A stretch of DNA of 64,000 nt from Candidatus Bathyarchaeia archaeon (GCA_049516875.1 JBEKSS010000008.1:34433-98432), one strand, 5' to 3'; shown: positions 38,417 through 49,427, counted from the first letter of the stretch. Notes: generated by a model not told the origin, from the sequence alone. Made by a program: numbers and translations.

Positions 38417-38683
38417 ATGCCAAGACCCAGTGAACGCACTAGGAGCAAAAGGCGCATCAATAAAGCTCTGCCGGGTGGAAATAGAAGAACAGATTTCAGA
38501 GGAAAGACTGCCACCTTATCACGTTGCAGTCTCTGTGGCCAACAGTTGACGGGCGTCTCGAACGCATCACCATTGAAAACAGGCAAACTCAATCGAGGCA
38601 AAAGAAGAATCTGGCGGCTGCACGGTGGCCAGCTGTGCCACAACTGTCTCAAAACAGCCCTTAAACAAGCTGCTAGAGCGTAA
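38417..38683 (+). CDS. rpl34e: 50S ribosomal protein L34e
   Basis: PGG...CSLCG...GGQLCHNC. Confidence 0.92.
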   Translation: MPRPSERTRSKRRINKALPGGNRRTDFRGKTATLSRCSLCGQQLTGVSNASPLKTGKLNRGKRRIWRLHGGQLCHNCLKTALKQAARA

Positions 38684-38710
38684 AATTAGAATCCTTCCGA
38701 AGGCAACCTG

Positions 38711-39316
38711 ATGTTTTCGCCTGAAAGGACGAAAGGAAAAGTTGGAAAACCAGTGGTCATCTGTATTGGGGGGATGGCCGGCAGTGGAAAAAGCACTTTG
38801 GCAAGAAAACTTGCTGAGAAATACAAGCTTGGGTATCTTTCAGGCGGAGACGCGTTAAGGGCTTTGGCTGTAGAGGAAGGTTACAGATCTCTCGGACGCG
38901 GCTGGTGGGAAAGCAGGGAAGGAATGCGTTTTTTGGAAGAAAGAGAAAAGGATAACAGGTTCGATGAAGCAGTCGACCGAAAGCTTCTGCAGATGGCGCA
39001 CAAAGGAAACGTGATCTTAGACAGCTGGACAATGCCTTGGCTTCTTGAAAGGGCCTTCAAGATATGGCTAGAGGCCTCTCCTGAAAAAAGGGCAAAGAGA
39101 ATAGCTGGAAGAGACAGAATAAGCTTCAAAGACGCTTTGAATGCGTTGAAGCGCAAAGAAGAGCAGACGAAAGCGATATACAAAAAACTTTATGGTTTTA
39201 ACTTGGGAGAAGACTTCGCGCCCTTCAATTTTATCTTGGACACAGACAATCTTAAGAGCGAAGAAGTTTTTCAGATCGTATGCATGGTAATTGACAATGT
39301 TGCCTTCAGTTCGTAA
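38711..39316 (+). CDS. cmk: Cytidylate kinase (archaeal type)
   Basis: GMAGSGKST. Syntenic after L34e. Confidence 0.9.
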   Translation: MFSPERTKGKVGKPVVICIGGMAGSGKSTLARKLAEKYKLGYLSGGDALRALAVEEGYRSLGRGWWESREGMRFLEEREKDNRFDEAVDRKLLQMAHKGNVILDSWTMPWLLERAFKIWLEASPEKRAKRIAGRDRISFKDALNALKRKEEQTKAIYKKLYGFNLGEDFAPFNFILDTDNLKSEEVFQIVCMVIDNVAFSS

Positions 39317-39481
39317 GATTACTGAAAGCTTCGGAAAGAAGAGATACTTTCTGGACGAAAAGATACTTGCATTGACAAGTTCAAGCATTATATTCAGCTC
39401 CTGGGACAAGATACTCTTAGAACCGAAAGTGAAATAAACAGTTGGGAGCGACACTCTTCTCTTGTCTAAGGTTGGATATTT

Positions 39482-39934
39482 GTGTCCGAAAAAAGAAGAG
39501 AGAGACCTGATTGTGTAGGGGATTTGGCTTATGAAGCAATTGCGATGGGCGATCAAAAACTTGAATTGCGGTCCAGTCACATCGTTTTGGGTTTTTCAGT
39601 GGCAGCATTTTTCTCTTGTGCTATTTTGTTTTTGCATGATGTGAGTAATGAATCAGTTTTCATGCTAACAGCCTTCAATTTTCTTTTTGTCTCACTAACC
39701 TTTCCCTTAAACGGGTCGTTAGCGACGAAGGTATTGTTGCTGTCGATTGGTAACATTATCGGAGTGCTATGGGTTCTCCTGTTTTCGATGTTTATTCGTA
39801 CTGTTGCTAACTATCTTGGGGCAGCTTTCAATGCTTTGTACTTGATCCTTGGTCCTTTCGTGAACTTGGTGTGGATTGTCACGTTCTTTTCGTTAAGCTT
39901 GACGGTTTTGGCAAACGCAAAAACAGGAAAATAG
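39482..39934 (+). CDS. 4-TM hypothetical membrane protein
   Basis: Hydrophobic ORF coupled to the GT2 gene. Start uncertain. Confidence 0.7.
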   Translation: MSEKRRERPDCVGDLAYEAIAMGDQKLELRSSHIVLGFSVAAFFSCAILFLHDVSNESVFMLTAFNFLFVSLTFPLNGSLATKVLLLSIGNIIGVLWVLLFSMFIRTVANYLGAAFNALYLILGPFVNLVWIVTFFSLSLTVLANAKTGK

Positions 39935-39944
39935 GGACTGAAAC

Positions 39945-41252
39945 TTGATAATTGAAATTCTCGAAGCCTTGTTTTTGGTTTTGACTGGTTTGATGATATC
40001 TTATCTTGTTCGGCATTACATTTTCACTTTAGCTGTTCTCAAGGATGCTGGAAAAAAGAAAGAGGCCGTCTCATTGGGAAAGAGAGCGGGCCTGCCCCAT
40101 TTATCCATTCTTATCCCCGCATTCAATGAGGAACTGGTGATTGGAAGACTTCTTCAAAGAATGTGCGAGCTGACCTATCCCGTCGACAGACTGCAAATAC
40201 TTGTCATTGATGATGCTTCGACAGACAGCACGGGCAAAATAGCTGAAGAATTCTCGAAGCTGCACAGTCAAATTGAAGTTCTGCATCGAAGCGAAGATGA
40301 AGGAAGACGAGGTAAAGCTTCAGCACTTAATGCCGGACTGAATTTTGTGAAAGGCGAGATCGTCCTTTGCTTCGACGCAGATTACTATCCGCAAAGAGAC
40401 ATCGTCGAGCAGCTTGCGAAAGAATTCGAAGACCCAAGGATTGGCGCTGTACAAGGCAGAGTCACAGTGTTGAACGAGCCTGAGAATATTGTGACAAGAC
40501 TTGTCGCGTTGGAGAGAATAGGCGGATATCGCATCGACCAGCAAGCTCGGGACAGGTTGGGATTGATTCCGCAGTTTGGAGGAACAGTTGGCGGCTTCAG
40601 GCGTGACTTGTTGAAATCTTTGGGCGGATGGGATGAGTCTATTCTGGCTGAGGACACGGACATCACCTTTCGAGTTTATCTTTCAGGCTACAAGATCCGT
40701 TATGTAAACGAGGCGGAATGCTATGAGGAAGCCGTTGAAAGCTGGCGAGCTTACTGGAAGCAAAGATACAGGTGGGCGCGCGGTCACATGCAGTGCGCTT
40801 TCAAACACGTGTTCCAAGTTCTGAAGAGCAAAAATCTGCGATTCAGGGAGAGACTTGATGCTCTCTTCTTGTTGAATGTTTATTTTATGCCCGTCTTCGT
40901 TTTGTTCTCATGGCTTATATCTATCCCGTTGCTCTTTCTCGGGCCTCCTCCCTGGCTGAGTCTAGGTTGGGCCGCAGGGGTGTTCTCGATTTACAGTTTT
41001 GTCGGAAATTTCGCGCCGTTCTTTGAGGTCGGGATTGGAGCCTACTTGGACGGCAGGACTAGGGCGCATTGGTTGGTCTCGTTGCTTGTCTTTACTTTCT
41101 TGTACAACATTCCCATATGTACCAAAGCTCTTGTGGACCTGCTCATTTCGAAAGCCTCTGGAAGAAACAGTGTGCCCTGGGACAAAACAATTCATTCTGG
41201 TAATGGAAACAGTTATATTACAAATCAAAACAAAATACCAAAAAGATATTGA
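39945..41252 (+). CDS. Processive GT2 glycosyltransferase (cellulose-synthase-like)
   Basis: DD, DAD, EDTD and QRYRW motifs. C-terminal TMs. Confidence 0.92.
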   Translation: MIIEILEALFLVLTGLMISYLVRHYIFTLAVLKDAGKKKEAVSLGKRAGLPHLSILIPAFNEELVIGRLLQRMCELTYPVDRLQILVIDDASTDSTGKIAEEFSKLHSQIEVLHRSEDEGRRGKASALNAGLNFVKGEIVLCFDADYYPQRDIVEQLAKEFEDPRIGAVQGRVTVLNEPENIVTRLVALERIGGYRIDQQARDRLGLIPQFGGTVGGFRRDLLKSLGGWDESILAEDTDITFRVYLSGYKIRYVNEAECYEEAVESWRAYWKQRYRWARGHMQCAFKHVFQVLKSKNLRFRERLDALFLLNVYFMPVFVLFSWLISIPLLFLGPPPWLSLGWAAGVFSIYSFVGNFAPFFEVGIGAYLDGRTRAHWLVSLLVFTFLYNIPICTKALVDLLISKASGRNSVPWDKTIHSGNGNSYITNQNKIPKRY

Positions 41253-41515
41253 TGCTTGGTGATCAAACTCAACTGTCGTTCATCACGCTTTTCTTTGGAG
41301 TTGTGATGTTCATTTTGGTCATGTTTTTGCCAGCATTTCTTGAATTGAGAAAGCCTAAGGATGCGGGGCCTAGAAGAATTGAGGGGAACGTTGTGTCAAG
41401 CAAATATCAAATGCAATTGGCTTCTATAGAAAGAACTGAGGAGACTGAGGCAGATCTGGCTCTCATAAAGAGGATTGTGAATATCCTTTCCGTTCTGCCG
41501 AATCTGGAAACCTAG
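41249..41515 (+). CDS. Small single-TM protein
   Basis: TM then LPAFLELRKPKDAGP. Overlaps the GT2 stop. Confidence 0.7.
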   Translation: MMLGDQTQLSFITLFFGVVMFILVMFLPAFLELRKPKDAGPRRIEGNVVSSKYQMQLASIERTEETEADLALIKRIVNILSVLPNLET

Positions 41516-42558
41516 ACTTGTCTTTTCTTCAAGAACAGTGCAGCGCTTCTCCACCTGTCGCGGGCTACTTGCAGGTTGCCGACGACTGTTCCGTGGAGAG
41601 AATAGAAAATGTAGCAGAGATACGTGCATCGTGTACAGTTGCTGTAGCTTTGTCTTAGGCGGTTGAATTTTCCGCTGTTCCAGAGATCTGGCAGGTCATC
41701 AATGGATGCCACTGGATCGTGAAGATGACAGCCTGCGACCCTACCTAAATTATCTATCATGAGGAAGTTTTGAAGTGCGTGACATCTCCATGTCCTTTTG
41801 TTCTCCGAGTAAAGGGTTTTGACGGCTTCCAGTATTTTGTTTGTGATGAGAATCTGACCGCTTTTCCTCTTAAGCGCGGCGAGAGAATCACAAAGGTCAA
41901 CCATGGCTTTTCTGTCGGTTATCACAAATTCGTCGTTTTGTTTTCCGATCTTGAAGAGTTGACATCGTTCTCCCGAAGGATCGAAGGAGTAGAGGCTGTA
42001 CCATACCGGGATTTTCTTTGCCAGGAAGTGGTTGGTGATGTCGGTTATTTCGTACAGATTGAGCTGTGAAATTGTTGGTGCTACACCTACGCGAATTCCC
42101 TCTTCGCTCAGTTTCTCTACCGCATGCATCGCTTCATTCAATGCGCCTGGAACGCCTCTAATGTAATCGTTTTTTCTTGGGTCCAAGCTATCTATAGAAA
42201 TCGCGACTAGGTCCGCGTGGCGCAAGGCATCAATTTTCTGGGCAGCCATGCTTCCGTTGTCGTACACTGTTGTGATGAACAGCCGTGAAGAATACTCTAT
42301 TATCTTGTCGATGTCTTCTCTTAAGAGCGGGTTTCCGCCAGAAAGCACAACTTCTATGACGCCGAGCTCTTTGAGAGCATCTAATCCTTTCTTGATTTCT
42401 CTGGTTGACAGCTCTTTTGTTTCCTGTTCTTGCCAGACGCTGCATCCTCTGCAGCGGTAGTTGCATCTTCTTGTAAGCATCCATTGGGCGTGATAAGGTC
42501 TATTGGGAGTTAGTGAACGGACAATAATGCCTCTGGCTTTCTCCACCGTCGTCATCAA
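41512..42558 (-). CDS. Radical SAM protein with SPASM/twitch-like Cys tail
   Basis: CNYRCRGC, SGGNPLLR, CTRCTYLC. Confidence 0.9.
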   Translation of the reverse strand: MMTTVEKARGIIVRSLTPNRPYHAQWMLTRRCNYRCRGCSVWQEQETKELSTREIKKGLDALKELGVIEVVLSGGNPLLREDIDKIIEYSSRLFITTVYDNGSMAAQKIDALRHADLVAISIDSLDPRKNDYIRGVPGALNEAMHAVEKLSEEGIRVGVAPTISQLNLYEITDITNHFLAKKIPVWYSLYSFDPSGERCQLFKIGKQNDEFVITDRKAMVDLCDSLAALKRKSGQILITNKILEAVKTLYSENKRTWRCHALQNFLMIDNLGRVAGCHLHDPVASIDDLPDLWNSGKFNRLRQSYSNCTRCTYLCYIFYSLHGTVVGNLQVARDRWRSAALFLKKRQV

Positions 42559-42759
42559 CGAACGCCCGTGTTCATTAAATCATGGTTTCAACTTGTTTTA
42601 TATAAGTTTCTGATGAATCGTGAAACCTCGCGCTAGACAAGCTCTGTTGCTTAAGGAACCGATCGGATATGAGCCTGAGATAAACATTTATTCTATAAGC
42701 GATTCAGAGTGGCTTGTTTCAACTGAAGGCCTCAGAATGCCGTCGATGAACGAGAGAGA

Positions 42760-43503
42760 TTGACTATGATGAAGCCTGTGGACGTTGTCATACTCACGAA
42801 GAATAGCGAGAGGCTGTTGAGGAAGTGTATTGATTCAGTTTATAGAAACATCCCCGTCAACAGCCTGATTGTTGTTGACGGTTGCTCCACTGATAAAACT
42901 TTGCAGATAGTGAAAGAGTTTCAGGAGAGGCATGGGAATGTCATTTTTGTTGAGGACAAGGGAACCAGGGGCAGTGCCAGACAGAAGGCAATGAACAAGG
43001 TGACAAGTGATTGGTTCATGTTTGTGGATAGTGATGTCCTCCTATCTGAGAACTGGTTTGCCAAAGCGGAAAAGCTGATAGAAGATGACATAGGCGCGAT
43101 TTGGGGAATCGAAATATGGTCTGTGCTGAGAAAAATGAAGATCCTGAGGCTGTTTGAAAGGGTCACGTTGAAGATATTTGAAAAAAGAGGCGGAACACAC
43201 GACTTGCTGGTACGACGCAAGGCTATTGAAGACATCCATGTGCCTAGTTACTTGCATACTTACGAGGACGCCTACATCAAATCATGGATCTGTAAAAAAG
43301 GCTATAGGGTAATCGGGGTCTATGAGCCTTATTGCCTTCATTTTCGGCCGAACAAAGTTTGGACTATGAAGCAGAACATCAGTTTCATAATTAGCGATAT
43401 TAAGTTTGCCGCTCGTCACCCTTCACTCATGCTTTCTTATGGATTCTACGCGGGTATTGTCATATATCAAATCGTGTCACACAAATGCAAGCTGGTCGAT
43501 TAA
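42760..43503 (+). CDS. GT2 glycosyltransferase
   Basis: VDGCSTD, FVDSD, YED. Confidence 0.9.
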   Translation: MTMMKPVDVVILTKNSERLLRKCIDSVYRNIPVNSLIVVDGCSTDKTLQIVKEFQERHGNVIFVEDKGTRGSARQKAMNKVTSDWFMFVDSDVLLSENWFAKAEKLIEDDIGAIWGIEIWSVLRKMKILRLFERVTLKIFEKRGGTHDLLVRRKAIEDIHVPSYLHTYEDAYIKSWICKKGYRVIGVYEPYCLHFRPNKVWTMKQNISFIISDIKFAARHPSLMLSYGFYAGIVIYQIVSHKCKLVD

Positions 43504-43517
43504 GACGGCATATCATG

Positions 43518-44546
43518 CTAGGGAGTCGGCGAGTGTTCTAAAGCCTGCCAAAGCTGGTCAGTCACGGGTCTAGCTAGAACCCCAGTCTTGCCATTTTCAT
43601 GTATAATCAGTCGCTTTTCTCGTGAAGGAAGGAACTCTCCTATGATCTCTGCGTGAACCCTTTTTTTCCTTAGAGTCTTTACAATCTCTTCAGCGGATGC
43701 TGGTTCGGAAGCGACCAGTAGGCTGCCTGAGGCTATGAGTTGAAGAGGGTCTATTCGATAGAACTCGCATATCTTCACAGTTTCAGGTTCTACTCTGATT
43801 TTTTCACGTTGGATTTTCACGCCTAATTTTGACGCGTCTGCCATCTCGTGTATAGCTCCTGCGATGCCTCCTTCGGTAGGGTCATGCATGGCGTGTACGC
43901 CCCCTGTTTTGAAGGCTGTTAGAGCATCTTTTACGATGCTGATTCGTTTGTAGAATTGTTTTGCACTTTTCAACGTTGCAGCGTTCAGTACTTCTTTCAG
44001 CTGATTCTCCCTGTCTGACGCGAGAATTGCAGTGCCTTCGATTCCCGCACTCTTTGTCAGTATCAGCCTGTCGCGAGACTTGGCGCCACTTGCCGTTACA
44101 TATTTCTTCCTTTCAGTTATACCCATCATGCAGCCAACGACTATCGGGCTTGCCAAATCAGGTGTCACTTCGCAGTGTCCCCCAGCAATAGATATTCCCA
44201 GTTCTCTTGCAGCATCATTCATCTGAACGCATATCTTTTCAACGGTTCGCTTCTCTGCGTCTTTAGGCAAAAGAATGCATGAGAAGAAGAAGGCAGGCTC
44301 AACGCCGAAGGTCGCTACATCGTTTGCGTTGACGTTGACCGCAAGCCACCCGATTCGCTCCATCGCTCCCGTGATTGGATCCATAGAAACGATTGCAGAG
44401 TGACTTCCGACCTCTATCACGGCACCATCAATGCCTAACGAAGGGCCTAGCACGACTTCCGCTCGTTCGGCTCCGAGATTCTTGAACACGACTTCTCTCA
44501 AGAGATTCGGTGGTATTTTCCCGGGAGACAGCTTCATAGCAGTCAC
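43518..44546 (-). CDS. AIR synthase/HypE-like (PurM superfamily) protein
   Basis: DPITG, NANDVA, GGHCE, HDPTEGG. Confidence 0.9.
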   Translation of the reverse strand: MTAMKLSPGKIPPNLLREVVFKNLGAERAEVVLGPSLGIDGAVIEVGSHSAIVSMDPITGAMERIGWLAVNVNANDVATFGVEPAFFFSCILLPKDAEKRTVEKICVQMNDAARELGISIAGGHCEVTPDLASPIVVGCMMGITERKKYVTASGAKSRDRLILTKSAGIEGTAILASDRENQLKEVLNAATLKSAKQFYKRISIVKDALTAFKTGGVHAMHDPTEGGIAGAIHEMADASKLGVKIQREKIRVEPETVKICEFYRIDPLQLIASGSLLVASEPASAEEIVKTLRKKRVHAEIIGEFLPSREKRLIIHENGKTGVLARPVTDQLWQALEHSPTP

Positions 44547-44563
44547 ATCGAAGGATCGTTTTT

Positions 44564-45319
44564 TCAGGATTTGAATTGCGGAACGCGTCGAGTGATCGTC
44601 CTTGCAATAGGTATTGCAACGGCCAATCCGACGAGCATCTGGAGAATGTTTGCCGCGATCTCTACTACGGCAGCAGTCTTGCCGAGCACTATTTGCTCAT
44701 ATAGAAAGTATCCGAGAACCATTTCCATTCCCCCCACGAGTATTGACAGAACCGCCCGTCCCGAGTCTGGTTCCAGCTTGAACCCCATCAGAGCGATGGC
44801 TAGAGCCAGAACTCCACCGAAAAAGTACCATTCGAAGACAGATATTTGGAGGCTGAATGTCGGATTTGCAGGTGAAGGGTATCCCAAGTAGATGTCTACG
44901 CTCTGCAAATAGATGGATCCAATTGTGGCCAGCAGTATTCCAACCAGCACCCCAAGCAACACAGTGTAAATCCTCCATCTGTTCGGTGCGTTCTTCCCGG
45001 GAATCTTCCTGTTCAAGAATCCCACGATGGCTCCTTCACAGCTCTTCACTAGAAGCGTCCCTGGGGCGTAAATGGGCGCGACCAGCATGTCAGAGATTGC
45101 GGCTCCAACGCCTCCTGCAAAGGCGCCAACAAGTGGACCGAACACTAACGCGGCGACGTAAATCATGGTCTCGCCTACGTTGAAGTAGCCGTTGGTCGCG
45201 GGAATATTCACGTAGAGAATCAGTGTGACTACACAAACTATAGCGGCGAAAACAGCTGCGATCGCAAGTTGGACTGTTCTTTTTGCAGTTTCTCGCCTCG
45301 CGTCCATCTCAAACACCAT
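44564..45319 (-). CDS. ECF transporter S component
   Basis: PATNGYFNVGE...GVGAAISD. Confidence 0.88.
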   Translation of the reverse strand: MVFEMDARRETAKRTVQLAIAAVFAAIVCVVTLILYVNIPATNGYFNVGETMIYVAALVFGPLVGAFAGGVGAAISDMLVAPIYAPGTLLVKSCEGAIVGFLNRKIPGKNAPNRWRIYTVLLGVLVGILLATIGSIYLQSVDIYLGYPSPANPTFSLQISVFEWYFFGGVLALAIALMGFKLEPDSGRAVLSILVGGMEMVLGYFLYEQIVLGKTAAVVEIAANILQMLVGLAVAIPIARTITRRVPQFKS

Positions 45320-45334
45320 TGCATCTATGAGAGT

Positions 45335-46074
45335 TCAATGTGTTATTCTGTCTTTCGGGAACAAGGTTTCAAAGTTTTCGTAGAACACTTTTTGCTTTGC
45401 TTCTTGCGTGATTTCTGAGGCATTAATGATTGCCATCTGTATCGCATAACGATAATAGGGGGCGTCTGACCCAAACAGTATTCTGTCCTCGTCTATTTCA
45501 ACCGCACGCTCGATGAAATCAGGAAGCGTACCAGAGGTTTCCACGTAGACATTGTTGAATTGTTCCATCATTTTCAGGGCTCCCTCTCTCAGATGGCCCA
45601 GAATTATCGGGAGCCTTCGATATTTCCTGGCGATTCCTGAAATGAGTCCAGGCGAGGAGAATCCGTCGCCTGTGTGAAACAGGATTGGCAGGTTCAGCTC
45701 GTTTGCTCTTCGAAAGAGTGGGCTGAAGAATGGGTGGTCTGGTCTAAAGCACTCCACCATCGGATGCAATTTTAGACCTGTTAATCGCAGCTTAGTCTTT
45801 ATCCGGATCAATTCATCACTGCGTCGTCTCTTCTAGGGTCGACGCGTCCGAACCCGACGAGGCGTTTTGGGTGTTTCTGGACAGATTTGGCGATGTAGTC
45901 GTTCATCTGTGGGTACTTGTCACCTACGTTTGGGTTTGGAAAGACTATAGCTCTTTCAATTTCGTGCTTATCAAACAGGCGGATGAGGTCATCGACGTAT
46001 ATCGTGGGATCGGCGTAGGTTTGCCACGGCCCAGATTTTCCGAGGTGAACGTGTGCATCACAGATTCTCATCAA
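45335..46074 (-). pseudogene. Amidohydrolase-2 family gene split by 1-nt frameshift
   Basis: DAHVH and RVDPR in one frame; KLHP, FHTG, GH and FGSDAP in the next. One base near 45817 restores DAVDELIRIK. Confidence 0.85.
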
Positions 46075-46183
46075 CGCGATCCTCTGAACGTTTACACGTG
46101 CGTATTCGTTGAGAATGCCATTTTAACTTTTGCTATGGGAAAGCCTAAATCTTGGTGCTACGCTGATAGGTAAAAGCTGAAGG

Positions 46184-46570
46184 TTGATGACTATGAGTGA
46201 AGCTAAAGAAGATCCGGTTAAGCTGCACAAAGAAGCGGGGACACTCTACGACGCTGGCAAGTACAAAGAGGCTGAAGAAATCTTTTTGCGGACTGCAGAA
46301 TTGTATCACAGAGGACAGAACTATTTTGACTCCACTTCCATGCTTTACAAAGCAGGAGAGTGCGCGTACGCACTCAAGAAGTATGACAAAGCTGCAGAAC
46401 ACTTCATGAAATCCGCCGACTTGTCCTTTCAGAAAGGATTCGACAGGTTCGGAGTCAGCGCGCTGGAATACGCAAGAGACAGCTACAAAGCCGTGAACAA
46501 CAAAACCAAAGTCAAGGAATTAGAGAAGAAAATAAAAGAAGTCAAGGAGAAACTAGAAACTTCGTTCTGA
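46184..46570 (+). CDS. TPR/SNAP-like helical protein
   Basis: TPR-like A/G/Y periodicity. Confidence 0.75.
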   Translation: MMTMSEAKEDPVKLHKEAGTLYDAGKYKEAEEIFLRTAELYHRGQNYFDSTSMLYKAGECAYALKKYDKAAEHFMKSADLSFQKGFDRFGVSALEYARDSYKAVNNKTKVKELEKKIKEVKEKLETSF

Positions 46571-46664
46571 GTTGGCTCCTCATCATTCTTTTGCTCGTGC
46601 TTGGCTAAGGCTTATCTTTTCAATCTGATAACTTGGAAGCTGACCCGGCGTCAAGGCTGAGTTT

Positions 46665-48359
46665 ATGTCCACTAGTTTTGAGTCTCTGGCGGAGCTTGGG
46701 CAAAGGCTCGAAGGCACCAAGAAACGTCTTTTCATGATAGATGCCGTGGCAGAATTCCTACAGCGTCTCCAGTTAGGAGATGTGGAACCAGCGGTTTCGA
46801 TGCTTTTGGGCAGGGCTTTTCCCAAGTGGAGTCCACAGACATTAGACGTGAGCTGGGCCACGCTCAGCGAGATCATAATGCGCATCACAGGCGTTGAATG
46901 GACTGTTTTCGAAGACGCTTTCCGCGGATCTGGGGATGTCGGTTCGGCGACGAAAGAGGTCTTTGAGAAGAGCAGGATGAAACGGCAGACCGTGCTCTTG
47001 GAGAAGGATTTAACGTTGTTGGAGGTTAGGCGCAGTCTTGAAGCTGTGGCTGGAACGGTTGGTTACGGTTCCAGAGAGAGGAAGGAGAGGTTGATAACGG
47101 CTTTGCTGGGCCGATGTTCGCCTGTTGAAGCCAAGTACTTGGTGAAGATTCTCATAGGTGAGATGCGGACGGGTTTTCATGAGGGGCTGATGGAACAGGC
47201 AGTTTCCAAGGCTTTTCAGGTTCCGTTGAAGACGGTTCAGGAAGCAACGATGATAGTTGGTGACGTTGGCGAAGTTGCAGCGATTGCCAAGACCGAAGGC
47301 GCGGAGAGTTTGGCTAGAAAAGGTTTCGAGGTTTTTAGGCCAGTTAACCTTATGCTTGCGCAAATGACGGATGATGTTGGGGGAGCTTTGGCCGAGCATG
47401 GTGGTAGGACAGCCTTTGAGTACAAGTATGACGGAGCGAGGGTTCAGATTCACAAGTCGGGAGAAAAGGTGAAGATTTTCAGTCGAAGGTTGACGGATGT
47501 TACTGACAGTCTGCCTGAAGTTGTGGAGATGGTTGAGGTGAACGTGAAAACGTCTGAGGCGATTCTTGAAGGTGAGGTGATAGCCGTTGACCATGCTGGT
47601 TCTCCGATTCCTTTTCAACATTTGATGCGCAGGTTCAGAAGAGTTCATTCCATAGAGGACATGGCGGAAAGGATACCTGTCAGGCTCTATTTGTTCGATA
47701 TTCTCTATGTTGATGGGAAAAGTCTGATTTCAACGCCGTACCTGCAACGGAGGCAGATACTCTCCGCAAACGTTGGACAAATACCTCTAACCATGCAAAT
47801 TGTCACGGATAGTGTTCAGGAAGCTCGACTGTTTCTCGAAAGGGCAATGAGCGAAGGTCATGAGGGGCTTATGGCTAAGAAAGTTGACAGCGGATACACG
47901 CCTGGAATACGTGGGAAGCGTTGGCTCAAGATTAAGCCCATCCTGGAAACTCTGGACTTGGCCATCGTTGCGGCTGAATACGGTTACGGTCGCAGGCACG
48001 GATGGTTGTCGGATTATTATCTTGCAGCACGCGATGCGGAGAGCGGAGAGTTTCTGCCGTTGGGCAAAACCTTCAAGGGGTTGACCGATGAGGAAATCAT
48101 CGAAATGACACGGCGCCTCAAAGAACTGACAGTGAAGCGAGAACGCGGGAGGGTGGTTGTCCTTCCAAGGGTCGTTGTTGAAGTTGCTTACAATGAGATA
48201 CAAAGGAGCCCGAAGTACGAGTGTGGTATGGCTTTGCGGTTTGCGAGAATAACTCGTGTAAGGGAAGATAAGGCTCCGGAGCAGGTCGACACGATACAGA
48301 AGGTCAGGGAGATTTATGAGAGTCAGTTTCTGAAAAAAGGTAGATATAAGACTGGTTAA
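46665..48359 (+). CDS. lig: ATP-dependent DNA ligase
   Basis: EYKYDGAR, EGLMAK, WLKIK, LRFAR. Confidence 0.96.
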   Translation: MSTSFESLAELGQRLEGTKKRLFMIDAVAEFLQRLQLGDVEPAVSMLLGRAFPKWSPQTLDVSWATLSEIIMRITGVEWTVFEDAFRGSGDVGSATKEVFEKSRMKRQTVLLEKDLTLLEVRRSLEAVAGTVGYGSRERKERLITALLGRCSPVEAKYLVKILIGEMRTGFHEGLMEQAVSKAFQVPLKTVQEATMIVGDVGEVAAIAKTEGAESLARKGFEVFRPVNLMLAQMTDDVGGALAEHGGRTAFEYKYDGARVQIHKSGEKVKIFSRRLTDVTDSLPEVVEMVEVNVKTSEAILEGEVIAVDHAGSPIPFQHLMRRFRRVHSIEDMAERIPVRLYLFDILYVDGKSLISTPYLQRRQILSANVGQIPLTMQIVTDSVQEARLFLERAMSEGHEGLMAKKVDSGYTPGIRGKRWLKIKPILETLDLAIVAAEYGYGRRHGWLSDYYLAARDAESGEFLPLGKTFKGLTDEEIIEMTRRLKELTVKRERGRVVVLPRVVVEVAYNEIQRSPKYECGMALRFARITRVREDKAPEQVDTIQKVREIYESQFLKKGRYKTG

Positions 48360-48386
48360 CAGCAAAATAGACGGGAGAGCGGTCAT

Positions 48387-49427
48387 ATGATTGAAGAGCA
48401 GAACCATATTAAATATGGGGAGTACTATGCCCGCCAGACCATTTTGAAGGAACTTGGCGAGAAGGGACAGAAAAAGCTTGCACTGTCTAAGGTTGCAGTT
48501 GTTGGACTTGGGGGTCTAGGCACCGTCTCGGCACTCTATTTGGCTTTGGCTGGAGTTGGGCATCTGCGTTTGATTGATCAAGACACGGTGGAAGTGAGCA
48601 ACCTTCACAGGCAAGTCTTGTACACGCCAGATGATTTGCACTACCCAAAGGTCGAAGTATCGGCTAATAGGTTGAAGAAAACTAATCCCTTTGTCAAAGT
48701 TGAGCCTATGTCTGAGAACTTGAATGCAGTCAATGTTGAAAAGTTGCTGTCTGGAGTGGACTGTGTTGTCGACGGCTTGGACAACATGCACACTAGATAT
48801 TTGGTCAACAGTGCATGCGTGAGTCGTGGGATTCCTTATGTTTTCGGCGCGGCCATAGGATTTGAGGGAAACCTGTCGGTTTTCTCTTCTCCAGAAACCC
48901 CGTGCCTTGCATGCGTTCTGCCGGGTGTTGAGGATGACTTTTTGTCAACGTGCGACGTTAGAGGAGTTCTCGGGGCTACAGCCGGGATCATCGGAACCAT
49001 GCAGGCCATGGAAACCGTGAAGGTTCTCACGGGAATGGGTTCTCCTTTGAAGGGAAAACTGATGGTGTGCGACTTCAGTGACATGTCCTTCACAACAATA
49101 GACATTTTCAAGAGCGACCATTGTCCTGTGTGTCGAGGCGGGAGAGCATTTCCCGCGGCTAGAGAGAAGCTCGTGTGGCTGTGTGGACGGGACACGGCCA
49201 ACATAAACCCAGAAGAACCAATGAAAAAAAGTTTCAACGAACTCCATGAAGCAGTCAGAAACAACTTCAGGGTGCGAATAAAATCCCACCTCGCAATAGT
49301 GTTTGACTACAAAAGCTTTCAAATCAGTCTCTTCAAGGGAGGACGGATGCTGATAAAAAACGTGAAAGATGAAAAGTCAGCCCTAAGGGTTTACAGGGAG
49401 ATCAGAGAGAAACTTGAAAGTGGTTGA
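48387..49427 (+). CDS. ThiF/MoeB/E1-like adenylyltransferase
   Basis: GLGGLG, SNLHRQ, two CxxC motifs. Confidence 0.92.
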   Translation: MIEEQNHIKYGEYYARQTILKELGEKGQKKLALSKVAVVGLGGLGTVSALYLALAGVGHLRLIDQDTVEVSNLHRQVLYTPDDLHYPKVEVSANRLKKTNPFVKVEPMSENLNAVNVEKLLSGVDCVVDGLDNMHTRYLVNSACVSRGIPYVFGAAIGFEGNLSVFSSPETPCLACVLPGVEDDFLSTCDVRGVLGATAGIIGTMQAMETVKVLTGMGSPLKGKLMVCDFSDMSFTTIDIFKSDHCPVCRGGRAFPAAREKLVWLCGRDTANINPEEPMKKSFNELHEAVRNNFRVRIKSHLAIVFDYKSFQISLFKGGRMLIKNVKDEKSALRVYREIREKLESG

